Shown here: positions 53,775 through 64,000 of the stretch, in pieces
Position numbering within the stretch: position 1 is the first letter of the stretch
Layout: each line of letters starts with the position of its first letter
NCBI GenBank assembly: GCA_951406725.2
Contig: OX597816.1
Coordinates: 76,508,001 to 76,572,000 of the forward strand
DNA from: Octopus vulgaris
Taxonomy: Eukaryota
Length of the DNA: 64,000 bases
Reading direction: 5' to 3'
The notes under the pieces: generated by a model
Told to the model about the DNA's origin: nothing
The model's input: the letters and a program-made list of their open reading frames with translations, nothing else
Database searches by the model: none
Program-made: the position numbers and the translations under genes

Positions 53775-55100
53775 CATAGAAGCACAAATTTGCTTCGACT
53801 CGTGTAGAATGCGCCCATCCCGACTCCTCAAAAACCGAATTGTAGTTTTATTACCACGTTGCGCCTGGCCAGTCGAGCCCATCGAACGGCTTTCGTTTCC
53901 TCCTATTTTAGTGTACGCGCCTTAGATCTGAGAATGTAACCTTCATGCTCAGTGTTGAAGAATTGATTCAGAACCAGTCTCGCTGCCAGCACGTCGGTTG
54001 CTATGCCGTTACTGAGTGCCTCTTCTAATTTCCTAACTAGATCTCCCTCTACTCAAGTCTTCTCTATCGTTAGTTCTCTGCTAAATTCTACAGTTTCTAC
54101 TCTAATCGCCCGTGTTAGGACTCCCCGCCATCGGTTGTTAACGACTGCCCCTGTCAACTTTCGATAGATTAACTTGCTAAGCCGGTCTCTGAAAGCTTGA
54201 CACGCCTGGAAGGTCGCGTTCAGCTTCGAGTATCCAGGTCCCTGCTTATGGAGCTTATCTAGGTCAACCGTAGAGATGACAAATTTGTGGTATGTATAGT
54301 TGATGAAATAAAATTTTGGACAACCTATATTTTTCCTATCTAGTGGTCTACAAAATACACTATCTAGATAAGATCTGGATGACCCGACATTTTTGCCCAT
54401 GTCAATACTGGAGTGTCCGGGAAATCCAGTCTGAACCTGTCCACCAGCTGGAAACAACTGAGCAGGTTTGCGAGCCTTGCGCACCCGCCTTTCCTATCTG
54501 TTAGCCCCACCCAATCCACTCATGCATCCGAAATGGTGTTCCAATCGCCCACTAACACTAAAGAGCAAGATGTCTCTAGAAAATCCTTCAGGTGTCTGAA
54601 GAACTTCGGTTGTCCCGCTCCAGTCGGTGCATACACTGCGACCAGTCTAAAAGCACTGCCTTCGTTATCGTTCACGTCCAAGACCACCGACTTACCTTCC
54701 AGGTCTAGGAAGACCAACCGTATCTCGAGATCCAGGCCTTTTCTGAACAACACTTCCCGCTTCCTATTCCCGTTCGACTAACAGATGCGAAAATCTCAAA
54801 GTAATCGAAATAGGAACCAAGGCCCGTGTAACCCCGATCCTGGTTTCACTGACGGCTATAACATCCAGACTTAGCCGCCTTAGGTCGTTGCACAAGCGCC
54901 CTTGCTTCCACGACGACCCCAGACCACAGACATTTATGCAGCCTTTAAGAAACGCCATGCTAGTTAGGGAGTAAGGAAAGGAAAAGTGAGTGTCACTTAC
55001 CCTACTGGTGCTGTTTGTGGTCGAGTGGTTTTCCTACCCTGTTTGTTTTGTTGGCTTCCTCTGGAAACCCCTTAAAAACAATCCGATTGCCGTTACACTG
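53775..55100 (-). mobile_element. Tx1/L1-clade LINE APE endonuclease and linker, no RT
   Basis: CINVCGL..SETR, LVAVYAP, VGDWN, SYLD, HKFV, GPGY.KLN, then ILRSKAR..KTTIRFL..G linker; homologous to 43872-44515. Confidence 0.85.
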
Positions 55101-55869
55101 GGAGATCTAATGTTAAACGGGTAGCTCCGCTTAATATTCATAAAAGTCTCTAATATTATTCACGCCATCATTAGGCTCTCCAGTACTCTAAAATTGTTGG
55201 GACTGAAGATCACCCTCTGTGTTTCAATGTTCTCGTTTTGTGGTATGAGAGCCACTCCTCACTAGCACTAAATTTTGCTGCTGCGCAACAATAACAATAA
55301 CAATACTAGCTACAGAAACAGATAAACGAATTAGATGAAATACACCTAAATGCTATGGAATTAATTGAATAAAGAGAGCACAAACGACTTGGCTGTTATA
55401 GAAATATTAGATTGTATTATTACTTAACACTAAGCTAAATGCCAAAAATAAGTTAATAAGTATCTATCATTACTTTAGCTGTTCCAACAATAAATTATAC
55501 TCTCAAGAGAACGCAAAGTGAATTAGCAAGACTAGACATGGAAATAAGGAAAGTAAAGACAGCATTCAAAATACATGTAAAAATACAAACGCAGAATAGT
55601 TATATTTACCGTGAACAGAAAGCAGTTAGAGTCTTTTGCGGCGTGAATATAATTATAAAATATTTTACTGGAAGGCTGCAAAAATATCAATTGAAAATAT
55701 AGAGAATATATTTCCAATACAAAAAAAAAAAAAAGAAAGAAAAACTTCAATGGAATCAATAAATAGCTCGCAAAACGCAAAGTAACGATGTGATCGAGAC
55801 GAGGCAGCAACTGCAGAAAGCATTTCAGAATAAAAATAGAATTACGGAATGTCATGCTGGTTTGTTGGA

Positions 55870-55900
<31 letters not shown>

Positions 55901-56289
55901 AAGCCCAAAAAGAGAGAACAAATTGCAAAGGTCAGTGTTCATATTCACTCAGTATATCTCAAAGCATCGGAATACTTCACAGTATACATAGGTGCACTCA
56001 TATATACATGATTTAATATAAAAAAATATATAAATATATAAATACAGAGTTGTACTTGCGAAGTTGTATGTCCGCATTAAAATCAATGAAGATGTTAAAA
56101 TATACACATGGTGAATGTATAGCGGTAATCCAAATAGATGAGAATGTTGGTATAAAATGGTTTTAAGAAGGATCTTTAGCAGGTACCACGTCTGACGGCT
56201 GTTTCGAGAAAATATAGGTTGGTATGGACGAGTTAATTCCAACCGTAACGATCATCTACATTTCTATCATTAGAGTTTATCTAAAAGGA

Positions 56290-57527
56290 TTTATAAAAGA
56301 GTTATCTTTTATTGGCTCTATATTCCTGATGCTCTATCAGCGCTAATTAGTTTGCCATTTCAGAGGTAGCTTGTCCAACCCGGAACTATAAATGCCTGGC
56401 AATCAAGAGTCAATAAAATCTTGGAAGGCCTGTTTAACAGCATCGTTGGAATTAATTTTTTTCCTATGAAAATGTTATCCAAATTCTGGAAGGAGTGATA
56501 GTCAGTAGGGGCAAGACCAAGTGAATATGGTGGATGATGGAGAATTTCCAACTCCGACTCTGGTAGTTTCGCCAATGTCATTTTTCCGATGTGTAGTCTG
56601 GTATTTGTCTTGCAATAAAATAGGAGTGGATCTGTTGACCAATCTAGACTGTTTTTTGTAAGTTTCTGCATCTTTTGGTCCAGTTGGCTGCAGTATACTT
56701 CGGTGGTGATTGATGAGCCAGGTTTAATGAAATCATAGTGGATCACACCTGCGCCAGACCACCAATCAAACACCATCGGCTTCTTTTGTTGAATTTTGCT
56801 TTTTGGGCAGTGTTTTGGTGATTCATTTTTGTCCACCCATTGTGGTGAACTTTTACAGTTGTATTGAATCCATTTCTCATTATATGTTACAATTCGATTC
56901 AAAAATTATTCATTTTTGTGACGAGAAAGTAGCATAATGCAGGCTTCCAAACCGTGCTGTTTCTGATGTTCATTGAGTTCATGTGAAACCCAATTATCCA
57001 GTTTTTTCACTTTACCGATTTGAACTAGGTGAGTCAATATTGTTTGCTTGCTAATACCAAACAACAACAACAATAATTCACGGACACATTGAGATGGATC
57101 TGACTCAACGGTGGCTTTCAGTTCGTCATTATCCACCTTTGTTCCTGTCCGACCGCGTTGCTCATTTGAGAGGTCAAAGTTACCAGAACGAAATTTTGCA
57201 AACCAATTTCATGCTGTCTGCTGTGTAATAACATTAGAATGAAATACTCCATTAATATTCCCGAGCTGTCTGGGATGCTGTATTTCCAAGAAAGAACTTA
57301 TATTTCAAAGCTGTACGAATTTCCGACTTATTCATCTCTAAACAAAAATAACCAAAAACGATTTATAAATACTTTATAAAGTGCAAAATGAGTTAGAATA
57401 AAGAAATAGATGTATCAGCTTTCTAACAATAAATAAAGATTGTCAAAATATAATAATGGCGCAAAATAAGTAGCTGTCAAATTTTACCATATACCTTACT
57501 ACAAATTTCATACTTGACGAACTAATA
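56290..57527 (-). mobile_element. Degenerate mariner transposon
   Basis: ATG at 57335 MNKSEIR..WFAKFRSG, WVSHEL (WVPHEL), IVTYNEKWI (TGDEKW), HPPYSLGLAPTDY (YSPDLAPSDY); stops and frameshifts. Confidence 0.92.
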
Positions 57528-57649
57528 AATAATGTAGGCAGCGGTTTAGTAATATGTCGCCATATATATGAACAGAGTGAGAGAGGGAGAGAGAGGGGGA
57601 GGGAGGGATGGGGGAGTAGCATTGAGCACCACTGAGACTTGAGTTAAGG

Positions 57650-57930
57650 TTGGATAAATTAAAACAGAAGTTAAACACAATCAAAATAATAATATCGTCT
57701 AGAAGATCGAAAAGATTATGAAAAAAAGCAAAGGATATCGAAAATAAAATAAACAGCGTATGCAGCCTGGAATTGAAAAGAGTGCCAGTAATACCTGTAT
57801 CACAGCAATAGCCATGATAGGGTAGATCTTGAGGGAAACTTAGAAACCAAAGCATGCAGTCTAACCAAAGTCAAACATAATCCTGTTAGGCACAGTACGA
57901 ATCCTGCGCGAGAAACTTACAATTTAATAA
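57650..57930 (+). mobile_element. Decayed RLE-type LINE 3' remnant
   Basis: ILLGTVRILREKL* at about 57878-57927, like LLGTARIIRKVL at 50140-50175. Confidence 0.45.
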
Positions 57931-59534
57931 CACAAGTCACACTGTGCAGTTCGTGCATAACGCGCGTTATACATAATCGACACCCGACACTATAACACAC
58001 CCAACATACCACCAACAACCCGTGTAACTCATATTCTACTCAGTTATCACCGAGTACGATAGCATGATCCATACAGAATTGGCTGGAACATTTTCTATTT
58101 AAATGCCACTCGACACTGCAATACAAACAACACAACAAAACTACCCATCAAAGCAACACGACTCACAATGCATATGATCAGACAGATAAAGCTTCTATTG
58201 AATTACTTAATATGCTAAAAATAGGAGCGAAGTCTTCTCTTTCAACTCTCTTGTAATAACTTTAATGGCATTTTATATACAAAAATACGAGACTGTTCCA
58301 ACTGGACGGCTATCATTATAAGTAGGAAATAAACAGCAACAAAAACAATAACAATAACAACTGCAATGACAAATCAACAACTACAACTGTAAATAGATGC
58401 CCTTAACGGAGCCAATTTTGCATACTGAATACTTGACATATAAAGATATAACTAACTCCGGCTTGACTATAAATCAGGCTTGACTGGGTCTGCAAATGGA
58501 ACAGCATTACCAGTGCTAGAGTAGAACAGAATCTGCCATATCGAGAGATATATCAAGAATATCTACATTATTCTTGCAAAACAAAGTGTAGTGTATTTTG
58601 GAGGAAACTATCTAATTAAAAACAAACAAAAAGGAAACGTATTGTCTTAGATAATAGCAATATAACTGAACATAGAAGTTTAATAATCAGACAAAGCACC
58701 AGAATGCATATAAAGAGCTTGAAATAATCCTGTAGTCCAAACGCAGCAATGATATATTAATAAGAAGACTAACTGCAATCACGAATGATTATAATACACA
58801 AAGGTGAGCTGAAAAGGAATTACATTGATTGAACTAATTAAACATATTAAGGCTAATTAATTTCCTATGACGAGTTATTGCAAATAGGATTATAATCTTT
58901 TGGACCATTTATCTCCTCTTTAAAGATAATATTCTATATTTTTAATAATGTTAAAGATAATGAAAACTGTTCATTGTTTACGTCTACATACATATTTCGA
59001 TCTCTCACCCTCATCTGATGTCTTATTTGTAGATGTGTACATAGTACCAGTCTATAACTGAATAACGAAAACTATTTCTAAATTAAAGGTAATGGCGTTT
59101 ATAACCACTAAGCCGTTCACGCATAAAGAATCAATATTTATATCGTCGGTCATTATATTTATCAGGTTGATAACATAGTCATACTGAGTTGATCGGCTTA
59201 TATGTAAGTCTTAATCATAAATAGCTTCTTTGATTTTTTTTCTAGTTCCACTACTTTATCTACCATTTAAAGATATTTCATTTCATAGCTGTATATAATT
59301 ACCTTCCTTACTTGGGATGCGTTACACCAGTCCAAGTTTAGATATTTCTTGTTTTTCGACGTTTCTCTCTTTAATGATTTCCCCCTCTTTAACACTTTTC
59401 ACAAAGGTATAGTATAGTATATAATGGATACGTCAAAAGGCATATAATAGATACATACATATTAGTACTCTGGATCAAGTACCTAAAATCCAAAGTCTAA
59501 TGACGTAAGACAGAATCCAGGTAAGCCGATGAAT

Positions 59535-59845
59535 GAAGCAACGTGGCTTAGTGGTTTGAGTATACCGTTCATGATCGTAAGGTCGTGAGTGCGATTCCTT
59601 AATGAAGACACTTTATTTCGCGTTGATCCAGTCCACTCAGCTGGAAAATATGAGTAGTACTTACATTTCAAAGGGTAAACTTTGTCACATTCTGCATCAC
59701 GCTGCATCTCTATTAGAACTACGTCATAGTTACGCGTGTCTGTAGAGTGCTCAGCTACTTGCACGTTAATTTCACGAGTATGATGATCCGTTAATTGGAT
59801 CAACGCTAAGTCCCGTAGCTGTAACAGACGGAATGACAGTATAAT
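59535..59845 (+). mobile_element. tRNA-derived SINE, third family
   Basis: A-box gtggcttagtgg, B-box-like gtgcgattcc, central ccagtccactcagctg..atgagta block. Confidence 0.6.
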
Positions 59846-61889
59846 TCGACGGCGGCGTAGGTGAAACTATAAATTAAATTTTTTATTGAATATACATTTC
59901 CCAACAATAAATTTCGTCATGTATATATATGCATTCTACACACTACTGCGCTTACTGATCAGCTAACCTCAGAAACAGCTGTAAATATAACCGAATTATC
60001 CTCTCTGGTATTTGTGCATTAGATTATGCATTCTCCTTACCTATTTATGAAGAATTTCTATGAAAGATTACATAGTTTCTCCTCATTTTCATCTGTGATA
60101 TTACAGATGAACTTTCCGGATAGATGCTTATCTCCAATGTTACATATACAGTTCATATGTTCTAACGCCAATTGTACGCGTAAACTTCAAAAAAGCAATC
60201 TACTGAGTTTTCTGTTGCGTTTGAACGATGTTTTGATATGATGAAATATCTATTTCTTGTTTAGATAAATACATGCAGAAAGGTATAGACAGAGTAGGAT
60301 TTGATATAATCTGTCCTTTGTGCTTTAAAATGGCCGTGAAAATAGAACGAATGAATAATAAACAGGATGTTTGTTATTTAGGAATGTATTATACAGTGAA
60401 TTAATTTCTTTTATGCTGAATGAATCAAATTAATAGTGAAGTGTTTTCCCGATGTTGTCAGACTTCTCTATTTTCTCATTTTCCTTATCTATCGCGAGAG
60501 TAGATTTGATTTTCCATTCACAGTTCTTCCACTATCTTCTGTCCATCGTAATAACAGTACTTTAATGAAATGAATTTAATAATTGTTTTTTTATATCTTT
60601 TCTGGTATAAAGTAGAATAACAGAACAGTTGTGTGGTTGACATGACATTTAGTGCTATCAGAGTGTACGTCGGCATCATTCACATATTTCAGAGGATTTC
60701 AGTTGTACGTTCACATGCTAAGTGAATGAAATTCACTATGTAGAGATATCATTTGTAGAATATCAATACAGAATGGACTGTATATCTTATTTAATGTAGA
60801 TATGCAGTAAGAATGCCAAAATACTGCAATATTCGTGTTGAGAAAGCACATCGTATTGGCATATAGTGTTATAAACCACAGAAGTATCAGCAGATGATGA
60901 AAAGTTTCAGCAGTGGCGGTGGAGTAGTTAGATCCGGGATTTCTGCGCATTTGCGCGTCATCGGTAGCAAGTATCCACAGTCAAATTTCATGCTTAGACA
61001 AATACTCATATCTATTTTTAGCTTTGCTATGAAACCAGGCTTACGAAGCCTTATAAGCAGCTTATTACGAGATTCTAATTAACGTATTTCGTTCCTATTC
61101 TTCAATTTATTAGCTTTCGTTCACCACCCTTTACAAACTACAAATAATTACCAGAAGGTTTCTTATTAAAATACAAATCAAATCTTAGACACAACTCATT
61201 CTAAGTGTAATGTATACACGGAGATGATAATAATTACTAATGATACTGATGACGACAAAACTATTTTCCCACCCGTTGGCAAATTTCACTTTTGATTTGC
61301 AAGTTGACTGGTTTTAATTAGTATCAATACATCCATAATATCATTAGGTATTTTGTGTGTTCAACGAGGATACGTTATAGTTCTAATGGCCCTGACAACT
61401 GATAATTACTATACGACTATTAGCAGTAATAACGTCCGATACAACGGCAATTATGCGCTATGCTGTCACATCACGACAACGCGTGCATGTTTATTTCGAA
61501 GGAAGTCTTGCATGTATTGATGCAATTAAGCAAAAAGCAACATGTTCATGTACATGCTTATCACACATTAAACGCACACACACACATACACAGATACACA
61601 CATAGACAGATGTGTGTGCGTGTGTGTGTGCTTTGACATCTATGCCTTTGTATGTACACATGTGCGTGTGTTGGTGTTTGCGTATAAAGGGAGCCAGTTT
61701 GCTGCGTCTTTAGAATGTCGAATAGATTGCTTTCTGCAAACTGTTCAGGTGAGGTGCACTGTGAGTTCAAATCGCACCGAGGTCAGCTTTGTTTCTTATG
61801 CTTACTGGACTCAATACATTAACAACCTTACACTGGTGTCCATTCTCCTTTTCTGTCAATCTTTCTTTGTCTGTCTGTCTCTGTCTGTC

Positions 61890-61930
<41 letters not shown>

Positions 61931-62055
61931 TTATAGAAGAAATCGGTTTTGGTCCAACTGGAGAAGCATAAGTTCAGCCAGGTCTGAAAAATGCCCGACA
62001 AAGCCTACCGAACGACAGAGTCTTACTACTTCATCATATGAGGGCCAGGGGCAAT

Positions 62056-62108
<53 letters not shown>

Positions 62109-62329
62109 TGTGTCTGGTAGTTGAGTTTGATGGTTTGAGTTGACGCATTTTAATGAAAAGTACGTATCGGTTGGTGATATCAAAGAATATGTCTAGGATT
62201 TGTGCCCAAGAGGGTGATACATCTGTGAGACGCCACTTCACTAATAAAGATGCCAGCTCGCTTCCAGATTAACTTTGGTATCGTTTGTTTCGTGGAATTA
62301 TGCTACAATTTAGCAGTAGGAGCAGTGTC

Positions 62330-62330
62330 G

Positions 62331-62374
<44 letters not shown>

Positions 62375-62615
62375 TCAGCAGTAGTAGTATCAGCAGTAGT
62401 AGCAACAGCAGCAGTAGTAGCAGCAGCAGCAGGAGCAGTAGTAGTAGTATCAGTAGTAGTAGTAGTAATAGTAATTGTAGTAGTAGTAGTAATAGTAGTA
62501 GTAGTAGCAGTAGTAGCAGCAGCAGCAACAGCAGCAGCAACAGCAGCAGCAACAGCAGCATCAGTAGTAGTAGTAGTAGTAGCAGCAGCAGTAGTAGTGA
62601 TTGTTGTTGTTGTTT
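62330..62615 (+). repeat. Compound (GTA)n/(GCA)n triplet microsatellite
   Basis: Direct inspection; explains the poly-V/A/L ORFs. Confidence 0.95.
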
Positions 62616-63660
62616 TATAGCCCTAGATCAGGCGTAATCATCACGTCTTTTCCCTAGATAGAGGAAATTGGGGATCTCATTGTCCAATGCCTCGATTCCT
62701 AAGACAATCGGGAGTAAGTTTATTGAATTCTCGGTTCCTATTTCTAGTGACTACTCTTATGCTCCACCGGTGGTTTCGTGGTACGAATAGCTGTACTTGT
62801 TGATCGTAGATGTCACGAATTTTTGGCACGGTGTGAAAGATTGGGTTGTGGATTTTTCTATTTCTGATTTATTCATTTTTTTATATTTCAATTGTTTATT
62901 TACTATTTTGTTTTCGATAGAGAAAAGGAATGAATACAAGTTCTCTGTAGATTGTTGGTTTCTACTTTGCATGTAACAGTCCATTAATATGCTTCTTGAA
63001 AGCAATTTTTCAAAACTATTTGACAGATTTCTCTACCTCCTGTTGAAGAGTGCTCACATTATCTGATATTGTGATGTGGCCATTGCTAGAGTTGTTGACG
63101 TTACTAATTATTTTCTATAGTGTTTCGCTTTTTATAGGATTATACTGCATGCAAATGTTTGCTAAGTTTCTGTTCATGACAATGGTTTATTTTATTGAAT
63201 CAATATTTATTTGTTTGATGCTTAGTTTTATTGCTTTTTGCAAGAATTGTTTATGTTGTGTTTAAGGCAATAGTTAGCTTTAGCTAGTCGCGTATTTAAC
63301 TCTTGTATTTAGTATATTTATGTTACCTTATGGGACATGTTTGGGGGCATGCTACATATAAGACCGTATTATTCAGAAGTTTCCAGTTTTGCTTGTAATT
63401 AGGAAATTTCGATGATTGCCAATATGTCTTCGTAGTGGTATCACGACTTAGTGCCAGGGGTGAGATTACAAAAATGTTTCTTCCGTTATCTGGAGTTAGC
63501 GTGGATATATGTATGTTGGACTTTTGTGTGTGGGTATATGCGTGTAAAACCAGTGACTGCATTATACGAGAGCTTTCTATTGACAAAGCTCTCTTGTTTG
63601 AAAATGGGCAGCTAAAAAACCCAAGAGTAGACATTTTGTTACCGGTCATATGACAGATTA

Positions 63661-63846
<186 letters not shown>

Positions 63847-64000
63847 TCAGGGCTCAATATTACATTCGACATTCCACTCCTGCATCTATTGCGGTTAGCC
63901 AGTGACATGAAACCACAGGATAAGATATTGCGCAAAGTACGAGACACAAGAAGCTATTATGAAATTTAGGAAACATATTTGATAATCTAAGCTTTATGAA

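Noticed and set aside
62285-62620. Hydrophobic poly-Val/Ala membrane or antifreeze-like ORF
   Set aside because: Compound triplet microsatellite, non-ATG start, no exon signals.

Overview
AT-rich, microsatellite-dense eukaryotic DNA, most likely an octopod cephalopod (inferred from SINE families and repeat style; not database-confirmed). Most of the ORF track is microsatellite noise. The only supported host gene is four phase 1-1 exons on + (4041-4190, 17072-17179, 30336-30452, 31208-31324). They splice in frame into four tandem LDL-receptor class A modules resembling the N-terminus of the molluscan GPCR GRL101. The rest is intron filled with CR1/L2-group, Tx1/L1 and R4/Dong-like LINEs, Penelope (GIY-YIG) remnants, Helitrons, mariner/Tc1, MITEs and tRNA-derived SINEs. 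The most notable unannotated signal is five minimal hammerhead-ribozyme-like motifs with palindromic helix III. One sits in a tRNA-headed SINE, two share an A6U core variant, and two show compensatory 3-8 pairs. There are also several long intronic fold-backs that could form dsRNA in the pre-mRNA. No prokaryotic features or CRISPR arrays.
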